Source: an uncultured delta proteobacterium
GTDB lineage: Bacteria > Desulfobacterota > Desulfobacteria > Desulfobacterales > JAFDCJ01
DNA: 64,000 nt
NCBI GenBank assembly: GCA_963769935.1
Contig: CAVYNY010000010.1
Span: forward strand, 480,001-544,000
Direction: 5' to 3'
Shown: positions 9,861 through 19,756 of the stretch, piece after piece
Layout: every line of letters begins with the position of its first letter
How positions within the stretch are numbered: the stretch's first letter is position 1
Notes under the pieces: model-generated
Told to the model about the DNA's origin: nothing
Database searches by the model: none
What the model saw: the letters and a program-made list of their open reading frames with translations, nothing else
Position numbers and translations under genes: made by a program

Positions 9861-11120
9861 CTATTGCTCAACCGAATAGGGATTTAGAAACTGCCGTCTC
9901 CAAAGAAGTTTCTTATCCACTTCATTCAGCTCAGCTTCTTCACAGACGGTTTCCCAATGCTGTTCGATAGCGGCAGTCAGGCGACCGAATGTTTCGCGGG
10001 CTTCTTCCTCGGAAAGAAGGAAGTTGTGCGCGGTCTCGAGGCACGTTTTTAGTCGGCTCAGATTGTTGTCGCCGGAGATGAGCATGGCTTGTGAAGCCTC
10101 ATTGCCTGTGCGGCCTTGCGGACAAATGTCATAAGCAGGCGTCAGGGTCAGCGCTTTGCCGTCCCAAAACGCCGCATGGTTTCGCGCATGATCGTCGGTA
10201 TTGCCGCACAGGATATTGAAGACCAGCCGGGAGAACAGCTCTTTCAGGGTATGCTTCGGATCGGTAAAACGGTGGCGGATAATTTCGGATAAAGTTTCAT
10301 AGCTGGCGTACCGCGCCATCATGTCATCCAAGCCAAGCAGGGTCAGAGCGGAGACCATGGCCTTGCGTGCCCACTTATCACCTTTTGGCACGCGGTCAAA
10401 GCGCTCGATCAGGAGTACGTCTTTGTTTGCCGCTTTGGCCAGTTTGACCGGCGCAGCATTCAGCCCGGCCAATTCAGCCAACCGCATGGCGATGAATTCG
10501 GCTTTAACGACGCTGTACAGATCGGTGCCGGAAGAAAACTTGGCCACGTATTTTTTGCCTTGGTCTTGAATTAAGGCTTTCGGACGGGCACCGCCGATTG
10601 AGGTGCCATGGAACAACGCCTGATCCAGCTCCGGTGTGAGGGGGATGCCTTTTTCGACCCGTTCGGCGGATTCCATCAATTCTACCAGGCTGACGTTATT
10701 AGCGGTGCGCGGCACGTACTCTGCAGGGGAGCGCTGAAAATCGAGCGCACCAATCCGGTCCGAGCCGGACTCCAGCAAGTAGGTCAGTTCATCCAGCTCG
10801 GCTGTATCGGTACCTGCGCCCTTAAGCCCCAGTTTTTTGTTGATGATCACACGCCGGCCCCACGCATCGGGCGCGGCATCCCTGATACAGCCCGGCATGG
10901 TCAAGCCCTCGGACAAGGGCAGCAGCCCGGCCTTTAGCGGCAATTCGGGTTCGTAAATCGCAATCGCAGGTTTGCTGTCATGGATACGATCCAGATAGCT
11001 TTTGCCGTAGTTGAACAGTATATTGCCGGCATCGGCTTCAAGCCGTCCGGCCACGACAGGCTCGGTTTCGTCCGGCAGCCATATCCAGACAAAGGCTTCT
11101 TTCTCCGTCTTAGAAGTCAT
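9861..11120 (-). CDS. hipA: HipA-family kinase toxin
   Basis: PDAWGR, DRIGAL, TSIGGARPKAL, ERFDR, NTDDHARN, PAYD; start refined to MTSKTEKEAF. Confidence 0.9.
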   Translation of the reverse strand: MTSKTEKEAFVWIWLPDETEPVVAGRLEADAGNILFNYGKSYLDRIHDSKPAIAIYEPELPLKAGLLPLSEGLTMPGCIRDAAPDAWGRRVIINKKLGLKGAGTDTAELDELTYLLESGSDRIGALDFQRSPAEYVPRTANNVSLVELMESAERVEKGIPLTPELDQALFHGTSIGGARPKALIQDQGKKYVAKFSSGTDLYSVVKAEFIAMRLAELAGLNAAPVKLAKAANKDVLLIERFDRVPKGDKWARKAMVSALTLLGLDDMMARYASYETLSEIIRHRFTDPKHTLKELFSRLVFNILCGNTDDHARNHAAFWDGKALTLTPAYDICPQGRTGNEASQAMLISGDNNLSRLKTCLETAHNFLLSEEEARETFGRLTAAIEQHWETVCEEAELNEVDKKLLWRRQFLNPYSVEQ

Positions 11121-11451
11121 CGCGCACCGCTTTGGATTTCCTGCGAACAGACTTTGGCAGAAGCGCCAGCTTTTCCCTGGTTTGGCGCAGGTATTTCGGC
11201 AGCGTGCTTTCATCGGCATCAAACAGCTTGACGCCGACAATGGCGGCCGCTTCGAACACGGCTCCGATTTCGCATTTGAGGTTGCCTTTTTCGATGCGTT
11301 GCAGCAGTCCTCTGGAAATACCGGCGCGGTCGGCCAATTCCTGCGCGGTGAGCTTGCGCTCATTGCGCGCTTCGCGGATCAACGCGCCGAGCAAGGTGGC
11401 CGCATCGCGGCTATAGCGTGAGTAGGTGCGTGGGATGGACTTTGGCATCAT
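11110..11451 (-). CDS. XRE-family HTH antitoxin (HipB-like)
   Basis: IREARNERKLTAQELADRAGISRGLLQRIEKG; overlaps the hipA start. Confidence 0.85.
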   Translation of the reverse strand: MMPKSIPRTYSRYSRDAATLLGALIREARNERKLTAQELADRAGISRGLLQRIEKGNLKCEIGAVFEAAAIVGVKLFDADESTLPKYLRQTREKLALLPKSVRRKSKAVRDDF

Positions 11452-11459
11452 TCTCCATT

Positions 11460-11594
11460 TGGTTCGCATATAGACCATGAAACCTGTTAAAGATCTTTCT
11501 GTGAACCACAGGTAATAAATATTCATCAGCTTGTCAAGACAAAATTTGTCTGTATATAGACCGCATGATGCTCTTATGGGCTATATGGGGACCA
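11460..11594. promoter_or_regulatory. Repeated palindromic operators upstream of hipBA
   Basis: ggttcgcatatagacc (11461), tgtctgtatatagacc (11547), gggctatatggggacc (11578). Confidence 0.55.
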
Positions 11595-11756
11595 TTTTCT
11601 TAACAATTTGTATCATTTGAAATCAGAAGGCGAATGCGATTTGAGGTGACAGTAAATAGCTATCGCCGGATTTTAAACCATTTTTTTTTCAGTTTACAGA
11701 AAGCCATCTGATAGATTCAAGGGCGAGCAAGTGATTAAATGGAATGTTGGAAGGGG

Positions 11757-11854
11757 AAAATATCAAAAATATCGGCAAAAATATCGGAAAAATATCGGGG
11801 TCGCATCTCAAATATTAATGTTGATTTCGAATATTTAATATTTGAGATGTGACC
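11757..11854. repeat. Short tandem repeat plus 20-bp inverted repeat (REP/MITE-like)
   Basis: About 4 copies of aaaaatatc(gg), then ggtcgcatctcaaatattaa-N16-ttaatatttgagatgtgacc (19/20). Confidence 0.75.
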
Positions 11855-11882
11855 TATTCCTTTCCCTTTTATCCCGTCTGGT

Positions 11883-12275
11883 TTATTCGTTTGCTACGTT
11901 AATGGTGTGGTTATTAAGCCACTCTAAAAAGCTTGCCCTTGACATCTTTCCGGCAGCAAGTGAGAGCATAATGCTCTCTTGTTCATCAACACCGGCATAT
12001 ATCTCATAACCATTCAGAATTAGAAATGTCTCCATGGCAGCATGGCCTGCTCTTTTATTGCCATCGACAAAAGGGTGGTTCATCACCAATGAAAAGCAGA
12101 GAGCGGCTGCTTTTGTTATGATATCAGGGTAAAGGTCTTTTTGATCAAATGTCTGGCGAGGTTGGTTGATGGCAGATTCTAGTGCATTTAAATCGCGAAC
12201 GCCACGAGAACCTCCGGTTGTGGAAATGATCCGATCATGAAGTTCAAAAACTTCCGAAATGGAAAGATAGCGCAT
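11883..12275 (-). CDS. Death-on-curing (Doc/Fic) family toxin
   Basis: HPFVDGNKRAG Fic/Doc motif; 130 aa. Confidence 0.9.
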   Translation of the reverse strand: MRYLSISEVFELHDRIISTTGGSRGVRDLNALESAINQPRQTFDQKDLYPDIITKAAALCFSLVMNHPFVDGNKRAGHAAMETFLILNGYEIYAGVDEQESIMLSLAAGKMSRASFLEWLNNHTINVANE

Positions 12276-12472
12276 TAGGCCAGCCGCTCATAAAGTTCCT
12301 TGTTTTTAGTTAAAACCTTGCGAACTGCCTCTTCAAAATCCGGCTCAGGCCGTGAAATTAGATCCTCGATTGAAGCTGATACAAACTGTTCAGGTAATAG
12401 CCCGAATTTTTTCGCTTTGTGTTCAAGAATAGCGGCTTTATTATCATCGATTTCAACTATGATTCTGGTCAT
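12275..12472 (-). CDS. Putative antitoxin of the Doc toxin
   Basis: 65 aa, TAATG coupling to doc, C-terminal KNKELYERLA typical of Doc partners. Confidence 0.75.
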   Translation of the reverse strand: MTRIIVEIDDNKAAILEHKAKKFGLLPEQFVSASIEDLISRPEPDFEEAVRKVLTKNKELYERLA

Positions 12473-12672
12473 GGCATATCCTTTAAGCTTTCAATATACA
12501 TGCAAAATACAACATAATTGAAGAATTCTCAAGGGTAATTACGATTTCGCCGGAGCTGGACGACGGCGGATCTCCCGATGGGCAAAGAGAGGCAGCGCAG
12601 TGTCCTCCGTGTCTCAAGGTAAAGTTAGGCGATGTAAATAGCCGATAAAGGGAAAGCGTGAGCACGATGCCT

Positions 12673-14157
12673 TTAAGGCGCCGCAACGGTTGCAGTTGTA
12701 ACCGGCACTCCGCCGTGCACCGCCTGGTTATCTTCCGTTGATGCGACCGGATCGGCGCCTCCGCCCAGCACCGCATAGAGCTGCACCTGGTTGGCCAGCT
12801 TTGCGAGGCGGATGATGATAAGTTCTTCCCGCGCAATGTACAAAGAACGTTGCGCGTCCAGCACGTTCAGGTAGATGTCGATCCCCTTTTCGTAGCGGGC
12901 ATTGGATAGCCGGTAGGCTTCCGCGGTGGCCTTCACCAGAGATTGCTGCGCCGCCATTTGATCTCCCAGGGTCCCCTTTCTGGCAAGCGCATCGGCAACC
13001 TCTCGGAATGCCGTCTGAATCGCCCCTTCGTATTGCGCCACGGCGATCTGCCTTTCCACCTTGGTTGCCTTCAGGGCCGGCCACAGGCGGGCGTCGAAAA
13101 CGGGCATAACGATCCGGCCGGCGTAATTCCAGCCAAAGGAGCCGGATTCGAAGAGACTCGACAGATCGGGGCTGGTCGTGCCTACGGCGGTCGTGAGGGA
13201 AATGGTGGGGAAGAAGGCGGCCCGGGCAGCACCGATATTGGCGTCGGCGGCCTTGAGCAGGTCTTCCGCCTGAATAATATCCGGGCGGCGCAGCAGGACC
13301 TCGGAAGACGTCCCGGGCGAAACGTCGGGCAGCGGTGCGATGGCGCTCAAGGTTCCGGGCAGCAGATCGGCCGGCACGGCTGAGCCCGCCAGCAGGTTCA
13401 AGGCGTTTTCATCCTGCGCCGCCAGATCCGTGAAGCGGGCGACGTCCACCCGCGCCGCATCCACTCGCGTTTGCGCCTGGCGGACATCGAGCTCGTTCGT
13501 TATCCCGACCTCAAAGCGCCGTCGAATCAAATTGTAGGCGGCCTGCTGGGACTCGAGGGTGGACTGCGCAAGTTGGATGCTCTCCCGGTCCGCGGCCAGC
13601 GTCAGGTAGACATTGGCAATTTCGGACACCAGCAGGATCTGGGCGCTGCGCCGCGCCTGTTCCGTGGCGAGGTATTGCTCCAGGGCACTTCTTGTCAGGC
13701 TCCGGATGCGGCCGAAAAAGTCAATCTCCCAGGCGCTGATGCCCAGATTGGCGCTGTACTGCTCCGCGGTCCTCGAATGCCCCGTACCGGTAACGCCGGC
13801 GGACAAGTGTTCCTTGAGGCCGCTGCCGGTCGCATTGACCGTCGGTAAAATCTCGGCGCGCTGGATGCCGTAGAATGCGCGCGCCCGCTCCACATTCAAG
13901 GCCGCTACCCGCAGATCACGGTTGTTGGTCAAGGCCGTCGCGATGATGACCTGCAGTGGTTGATCCGTAAAGAACTCCTGCCATTGCAGATCGGGGGCAA
14001 GCGGGGAGCCCTGCAGGGAGGCGGTCTCCCGGTACGCCGGGCCGCTCGGCCAGGCGGCGGGAACCGGGGCCTCGGGCCGCTTGTATTCCGGTATCATGGT
14101 GCAGCCGGAGAGCAAAAGGGCCGCTGCTGCCAGGAGTGAAAGAATCTTGCCGGTCAT
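12673..14157 (-). CDS. RND efflux outer-membrane lipoprotein (OprM/NodT family)
   Basis: Lipobox LLSGC, NNRDLR, WEIDFFGR, LLRRPDI, AAFFP, LYAVLGGG; start refined to MTGKIL. Confidence 0.93.
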   Translation of the reverse strand: MTGKILSLLAAAALLLSGCTMIPEYKRPEAPVPAAWPSGPAYRETASLQGSPLAPDLQWQEFFTDQPLQVIIATALTNNRDLRVAALNVERARAFYGIQRAEILPTVNATGSGLKEHLSAGVTGTGHSRTAEQYSANLGISAWEIDFFGRIRSLTRSALEQYLATEQARRSAQILLVSEIANVYLTLAADRESIQLAQSTLESQQAAYNLIRRRFEVGITNELDVRQAQTRVDAARVDVARFTDLAAQDENALNLLAGSAVPADLLPGTLSAIAPLPDVSPGTSSEVLLRRPDIIQAEDLLKAADANIGAARAAFFPTISLTTAVGTTSPDLSSLFESGSFGWNYAGRIVMPVFDARLWPALKATKVERQIAVAQYEGAIQTAFREVADALARKGTLGDQMAAQQSLVKATAEAYRLSNARYEKGIDIYLNVLDAQRSLYIAREELIIIRLAKLANQVQLYAVLGGGADPVASTEDNQAVHGGVPVTTATVAAP

Positions 14158-14158
14158 A

Positions 14159-17100
14159 TCAGTGCACCTCCGAAGGAGACACGGCGTCGGAGCCGGACGC
14201 TTGCGTTTGGGTAACCTTCTTCTTCTTCTTTCCAAACAGCTGAACCACCACGACATAAAAGAGCGGAATGAAGGGCGTCGCCAGGAAGGTGGCGGCGATC
14301 ATGCCGCCCAGCACGCCGGTGCCGATGGCCGTTTGCGCTCCGGCGCCGGCCCCGTTGGACAATGCCAGGGGCAGCACGCCGAACCCGAAAGCCAGCGAGG
14401 TCATGACAATCGGGCGCACCCTGAGTTTGGCCCCTTCCAGCGTGGCCTCGATCAACCCGGCTCCCTCCTTGACTTTGGCCATGGCGAACTGCACGATCAA
14501 AATGGCGTTTTTGGTCGTCAGCCCCAGGACCGTGAGAAGTCCGATCTGAAAATAGACATCGTTGGGAAATCCCCGCAGGGAAGAGGCTGCCACGCCGCCG
14601 ATGACCCCCAACGGCAGTGTCAGCAGGATCGCAATGGGAACGGTCCAGCTCTCATAAAGGGCCGCCAGGCAGAGAAAAATCACGATCATGGAAAAGGCGT
14701 AGAGCAGCGTAGTCTGTGACTTTGCCATCCGCTCCTGGTAGGAGAGCCCGGTCCAGTCAAAACCGATGCCCCTGGGCAGCTTGGCGGCGATCTCTTCCAT
14801 GGCCTGCATGGCCTCCCCGGAGCTCTTGCCCGGCGGCGGTTCGCCCCAGATGTTGATCGACGGGAAACTGTTGAAACGCTCGAGCTTCGGCGACCCGTAG
14901 AACCAGTGGCCGCCGGCCAAAGCGGCAAACGGCGTCATCATCCCTTTGCTGTTGCGAACATAGAGCCGCTCCAGGTCCTTCGGAAGCATGCGGTACGGGG
15001 CATCGGCCTGGACGTAAACCCGCTTGACCCGTCCGCCCTGGATGAAATCGTTCACATATGCGCCGCCGAAGGCCGCCGCGATGGTGTTGTGGATGGAGTC
15101 GATCGGAACGCCAAGGGCGCCGGCCTTTTCCCAATCCACATCGATTCGGTATTGGGCCACGTCTTCCAGGCCGTTGGGACGGACGCGGATCAGCCGCGGG
15201 TCCCTGGCCGCCATGCCGAGCAGCTGGTTGCGGGCCGTCATCAGGGCTTCATGTCCCAGCCCGCCGCGGTCCTGCAACTGGAAGTCGAACCCGCCCGCCT
15301 GTCCAAGTTCGAGGACGGCCGGCGGCTGGAATGCGAATACCTGGGCGTTGCGAATCTTCGAAAACTTTCGCATGGCGCGTCCCACCAGGGCATTTACTTT
15401 CAGGTCCGCCCCCTGGCGCAGTTTCCAGTCCTTGAGCTTGACAAATGCCAGCCCGACGTTCTGCCCGGCGCCGGAAAAGCCTCGGCCGGCAAGTGTAAAG
15501 CAGGAGGTCACCGCCTCTTTTTCATCCACCAGAAAATGGCTGCGGACCTGATCCATGACCTGCTCGGTCTGCTCCAGGGTCGAACCGGCCGGCAGCGTCG
15601 CCTGCACGAACATGATGCCCTGATCCTCGCTGGGCAGATAGGCGGTGGGCATTCGCATAAAAAGAAATCCCAGGGCCGCCACGAGCACAAGATAGACAAG
15701 CAGGTACCGGATCTTTCTCCCCAGGATATGGCCGACCATGGCCTGGTACCTGTTCCGGGCCCAACGAAACATCCGGTCGAACCACCGGAAAAAAGGCCGG
15801 AACAGAAAAAAACCGCCTTCTGAGGCCGCATGGCCCTTCGGCACGGGCTTGAGCAGCGATGCGCACAGAACCGGCGTCAGGATCAGAGCGACCACGACCG
15901 AGAGCAGCATGGCGGCAATGACGGTCACGGAAAACTGCCGGTAGATGACACCGGTGGAGCCGCTGAAAAACGCCATGGGGCCGAATACCGCAGAGAGCAC
16001 CAGGCCGATTCCGATCAGGGCGCTGGTGATTTCTCCCATGGACTTGCGGGTTGCCTCCTTGGGCGAGAGCCCTTCCTCGGCCATGACCCGCTCCACGTTT
16101 TCCACCACCACGATGGCATCGTCCACCAGCAGACCGATGGCCAGCACCATCGCGAACATGGTCAGCATGTTGATGGAGAAGCCGAACAATCCCAGGACTG
16201 CGAAGGTTCCCAGCAGCACCACCGGCACCGCCAGGGTTGGAATAAGCGTAGCCCGAATGTTTCCCAGGAAGACATACATCACCAGGAAGACCAGCAGAAT
16301 GGCCTCGAACAGCGTCTTGACCACTTCCTCGATGGCCACCTTCACGAAGGGCGTCGTATCATAGGGGTAAATGACCTTCATGCCGGGGGGAAAGTACTTG
16401 GAGAGCTCCGCCATCTTGGCCTTGACGGCATCGGCGGTCTCCAGTGCATTGGCGCCGGGCGCCTGCCGCACGGCCAGCGCGGCCGAATGTTTGCCGTTGA
16501 AAAGCGTCTGGCTCCCGTAACGCTCGGTGCCCAACTCGGTGCGGCCCACATCCCGCACGCGCACGATGGAGCCGTCAGGATTGGTGCGCAGCGGAATGGC
16601 GGCGAACTCCTCCGGGCTCTTGAGCAGATTCTGGACGATAATGGAAGCGTTCAACCGTTGGGATTCCACCGCCGGCGCCCCGCCGAACTGGCCGGCGGAC
16701 ACCTCCACATTGTAAGCCCGCAGACTGCGGATGACATCTTCCATCGTCAGCCGGTAATCGGCCAGTTTGTCCGGATTCAACCAGACACGCATGGCATACT
16801 GGGAGCTGAAGACTTCGACTTCACCAACCCCCGGCACCCGCGCCAGCACCTGCTGGATGCTGGATTGGGCGTAGTCCCCCAGATCATAGTCATCCATGCT
16901 GTCGTCTTCCGAGGTCAGCCCCACGATGATCAGCCAGTTGCGGGTCGACTTGCTGACCTTGACACCCTGGCTCTGCACCACCACGGGCAAACTCGCCATG
17001 GCGAGCTGGAGTTTATTCTGCACCTGAGCCCAGGCGAGGTCCGGATCGGTCCCGGGAGCAAAGGTGAGCTCGATCCGCCCGGCGCCGGACGCGTCACTGG

Positions 17101-17344
17101 TGGCCGACATATACAGCAACTTGTCGAATCCGGTCATCTTCTGCTCGATGATCTGAACCACGCTGTCTTCCACCGTCTGCGCCGAGGCGCCGGGATAAAA
17201 TGCGTCAATCGCGATGGAAGGCGGGGCGATGGGCGGATACTGGGATATGGGCAGATTGTGAATCGCCAGCCCGCCGGCCAGCATCATGATGATGGCGATA
17301 ACCCACGCGAAGACCGGGCGATCCAGAAAGAAGTTCGATAACAT
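14159..17344 (-). CDS. RND efflux permease (AcrB/MexB, HAE1)
   Basis: 1061 aa; FFLDRPVFAWV, GLLVDDAIVVVENVER, KNAILIV, RVRPIVMTS. Confidence 0.96.
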   Translation of the reverse strand: MLSNFFLDRPVFAWVIAIIMMLAGGLAIHNLPISQYPPIAPPSIAIDAFYPGASAQTVEDSVVQIIEQKMTGFDKLLYMSATSDASGAGRIELTFAPGTDPDLAWAQVQNKLQLAMASLPVVVQSQGVKVSKSTRNWLIIVGLTSEDDSMDDYDLGDYAQSSIQQVLARVPGVGEVEVFSSQYAMRVWLNPDKLADYRLTMEDVIRSLRAYNVEVSAGQFGGAPAVESQRLNASIIVQNLLKSPEEFAAIPLRTNPDGSIVRVRDVGRTELGTERYGSQTLFNGKHSAALAVRQAPGANALETADAVKAKMAELSKYFPPGMKVIYPYDTTPFVKVAIEEVVKTLFEAILLVFLVMYVFLGNIRATLIPTLAVPVVLLGTFAVLGLFGFSINMLTMFAMVLAIGLLVDDAIVVVENVERVMAEEGLSPKEATRKSMGEITSALIGIGLVLSAVFGPMAFFSGSTGVIYRQFSVTVIAAMLLSVVVALILTPVLCASLLKPVPKGHAASEGGFFLFRPFFRWFDRMFRWARNRYQAMVGHILGRKIRYLLVYLVLVAALGFLFMRMPTAYLPSEDQGIMFVQATLPAGSTLEQTEQVMDQVRSHFLVDEKEAVTSCFTLAGRGFSGAGQNVGLAFVKLKDWKLRQGADLKVNALVGRAMRKFSKIRNAQVFAFQPPAVLELGQAGGFDFQLQDRGGLGHEALMTARNQLLGMAARDPRLIRVRPNGLEDVAQYRIDVDWEKAGALGVPIDSIHNTIAAAFGGAYVNDFIQGGRVKRVYVQADAPYRMLPKDLERLYVRNSKGMMTPFAALAGGHWFYGSPKLERFNSFPSINIWGEPPPGKSSGEAMQAMEEIAAKLPRGIGFDWTGLSYQERMAKSQTTLLYAFSMIVIFLCLAALYESWTVPIAILLTLPLGVIGGVAASSLRGFPNDVYFQIGLLTVLGLTTKNAILIVQFAMAKVKEGAGLIEATLEGAKLRVRPIVMTSLAFGFGVLPLALSNGAGAGAQTAIGTGVLGGMIAATFLATPFIPLFYVVVVQLFGKKKKKVTQTQASGSDAVSPSEVH

Positions 17345-17356
17345 GGTGGCCCTCCG

Positions 17357-18574
17357 TCAGTTCGACTCTGCCGACGCGCGTTTCAAGTTTGGAGCTTCCG
17401 CCGCGCCGCTTGCCGGGCCCTGAAAAGGAACGGTCTTTACGGCAGCGCCCGGCCGAACCTTCAGCATGCCCTCGACGATGACCCGCTCTCCGCCCGACAG
17501 GCCGGAAGCGACCAGCCATTGGTCGCCGATGGCCCGGTTGAGCGTCAGCACCCGCTGCCGGACCGTACCGGCCGCATCCACGAGCAGGGCAATGGGCTCT
17601 CCTTTTGGATTGCGGCTCACCCCTTGCTGCGGAACGAGGATCGCCTGTTCAGCAATACCCTCCTTGACAAGGGCCCGCACGAACATGCCCGGCAGGAGCA
17701 GATCCTGCGGATTCGGGACGACGATCCGCAGGGTGAAAGAACCGGTGGTCGGGTCCACCGTGACGTCGCGGAATTGCAGCGCGCCCTCCACGGGATAAGG
17801 CGTTCCGTCTTCCAGCAGTATCCGCACCTTTTTCCCGCTCTTTTCGTCGGCAGTAAGCTCGCCGGTTGCCAGGTTGCGCCGCAAACGCAGCAGTTCGGCC
17901 GAAGACTGGGTCACGTCCACGTAAATCGGATCCAGCTGCTGGATGGTTGCCAGGGCGGTCATCTGATAGGCCGTCACCAGGGCACCGTCGGTCACGCTCG
18001 AACGGCCGATGCGCCCCGAAATCGGCGCGGTGACCCGGGTGTAGCCCAAATTGATCCGGGCCGCTTCCACCGCTGTTTTCCAGTATTCAATCTCGGCTTT
18101 GGCCTGTTCCACGGCGGCGGCCGCGTCGTCATAGTCCTGCTGGCTCACCGCCTTGTCGACCAGCAGTTCCTTGTATCGTTCGACCCGCAAGCGGATCGAA
18201 GGCAGATTGGCCTGCGCCTTGCCGAGCGACGCCTTGGCGGAATCATGGGCCACCTGAAAGGGAGCCGGATCGATCTGGTAAAGAAGATCGCCGGCTTTGA
18301 CATCGGAGCCCTCCCGGAACATGCGCTTCTTGATGATGCCGTTGACCTGCGGCCGGATTTCCGAGATGAGATAGGCCGAGGTCCGGCCCGGCAGCTCGGT
18401 GGTCAACTCGATCGGGCCCGGCTCGATGGTCACCGTGGCCACTTCCGGGACGGGAGCCGGCACGGCCCCGTTCCCCTGACTGTCCTGGCAGCCCGTCAGC
18501 CCCAAAAGGCTCGCAAGGACCGCCACGGCCACCGTCCATCCCGGCGACCGATTTACTACCTTGTTCAGTTGCAT
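17357..18574 (-). CDS. RND periplasmic adaptor (AcrA/MexA)
   Basis: Lipobox LTGC, ELPGRT, EIRPQVNG, APISGRIG, LLPGMFV. Confidence 0.95.
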   Translation of the reverse strand: MQLNKVVNRSPGWTVAVAVLASLLGLTGCQDSQGNGAVPAPVPEVATVTIEPGPIELTTELPGRTSAYLISEIRPQVNGIIKKRMFREGSDVKAGDLLYQIDPAPFQVAHDSAKASLGKAQANLPSIRLRVERYKELLVDKAVSQQDYDDAAAAVEQAKAEIEYWKTAVEAARINLGYTRVTAPISGRIGRSSVTDGALVTAYQMTALATIQQLDPIYVDVTQSSAELLRLRRNLATGELTADEKSGKKVRILLEDGTPYPVEGALQFRDVTVDPTTGSFTLRIVVPNPQDLLLPGMFVRALVKEGIAEQAILVPQQGVSRNPKGEPIALLVDAAGTVRQRVLTLNRAIGDQWLVASGLSGGERVIVEGMLKVRPGAAVKTVPFQGPASGAAEAPNLKRASAESN

Positions 18575-18632
18575 CTAAGACCTCCAACATATCGCTGATG
18601 CGCGTGTTCGGCCGGCAAACTCACGCCCGCCG

Positions 18633-19256
18633 TCACGAATCCATCATTCCTTTGAAGAAAATATTCAAAACGCTGTCCGGGTCCTCGGGGTACGGATGAC
18701 GCTCGGGTTCGTCCAGCCAAAGGAGCAGGACAGCGTCGAGGAAACTGTCGAGCGCAACGGCCAGATGAAAGGGATCGGCAATTCGCTTGAACCGTTTGAT
18801 TTTGATGCCCTTCTCGAAGATCACGGCCAGTTTTTCCAAAAAGGCGTAATGTCGCTTGCGCATCTCGTCATCCAGGCCCGCCTTGATGTTGAAGCTCGCG
18901 CCTCGGCGTTCAGCCAGAAACAGGCGAACGAAAGGCAGATTGCCGCGAAACCTTTCACCCTTGGTCCGGATATAATTGCGCAGTTTCTCAACCGCATCAT
19001 CCGGCTCTGCGATGGCAAGCGTGATAGCATCCTCGAACTGGTCGCATTGCTCCAGCACAAGCGCCTTATACAGGTCCTCCTTGTTCTGGAAGAACTTGTA
19101 GAGTGTTCCGATGGCGAACTCGGCCTGCTCGGCGATCTCATGCATGGATGTGTTGTGATATCCCCTCTGCGCGAAAAGATCGAGCGCCGCTGCAAGCATC
19201 TCTTGGCGTTGCCGCAATTTTTCGCGTTCCCGCCTTGGGAGCGTACTCGTTTGCAT
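18633..19256 (-). CDS. TetR/AcrR family regulator
   Basis: LFAQRGYHNTSMHEIAEQAEFAIGTLYKFFQNKEDL HTH. Confidence 0.92.
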   Translation of the reverse strand: MQTSTLPRREREKLRQRQEMLAAALDLFAQRGYHNTSMHEIAEQAEFAIGTLYKFFQNKEDLYKALVLEQCDQFEDAITLAIAEPDDAVEKLRNYIRTKGERFRGNLPFVRLFLAERRGASFNIKAGLDDEMRKRHYAFLEKLAVIFEKGIKIKRFKRIADPFHLAVALDSFLDAVLLLWLDEPERHPYPEDPDSVLNIFFKGMMDS

Positions 19257-19369
19257 CGATTCACCTCTTGCCGGGTTATGTCGGCAAATTGCCGAACGAT
19301 GATCAGCCAAAATTCTGCGGTTACCGAAAGTTCTTAAAAATGTTCTGACAATTCTGACAATTGTGAATT

Positions 19370-19412
19370 TGACGTCGCGTTCTATAATATTACGTCACAT
19401 TTTAATGATCAA
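19370..19412 (-). promoter_or_regulatory. Sigma70 promoter with overlapping palindromic operator (tetR-RND operon)
   Basis: TTGATC-17-TATTAT on the minus strand; TGACGT-N16-ACGTCA at 19370-19397. Confidence 0.55.
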
Positions 19413-19520
19413 GACATATCTCAAAAAATTCGCAGAAGGTTGGGTTAAAGCATGAAACCCACATTGAAGATCGGGCTCACCCCAACCTCCCCGAAACCGG
19501 CCATTCCTTCAGGCAGTTTT

Positions 19521-19546
19521 TTTACAGGCTGTAAAAAAACTCGACA
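19521..19546. promoter_or_regulatory. Putative enhancer (bEBP binding site), class A
   Basis: TTTACAggcTGTAAAAAAacTCGACA, nearly identical to 37123-37148. Confidence 0.6.
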
Positions 19547-19640
19547 CTCAACGATCCCGCCGGCCGTCTTTTTATACTTTCAATTTAGAAATTCCCTTTA
19601 CTTTTAATTACTTATCTAAATCGACGCCGCAAGTACCGCA

Positions 19641-19656
19641 TGGCACACCCTTTGCT
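19641..19656 (+). promoter_or_regulatory. Sigma54 -24/-12 promoter
   Basis: TGGCAC-accct-TTGCT. Confidence 0.8.
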
Positions 19657-19756
19657 GAATGTTGAGGCAGATGTGCAGCGCATTCGAATATCACCCTGGT
19701 GCGATATCCCTGTGCTGAGACTATAAAAATCCATTCACATATAAGGAGGTCGTCTG

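Noticed and set aside
11757..11854. CRISPR array (also considered for 34240-34811 and 45189-45325)
   Set aside because: No constant repeats separated by unique equal-length spacers, and no cas genes.
14081..18598. Long ORFs antisense to the RND genes (503, 359 and 305 aa)
   Set aside because: Shadow frames of GC-rich coding sequence with no motifs; the same applies to similar shadows at 5639, 26950, 37669, 40309 and 43640.
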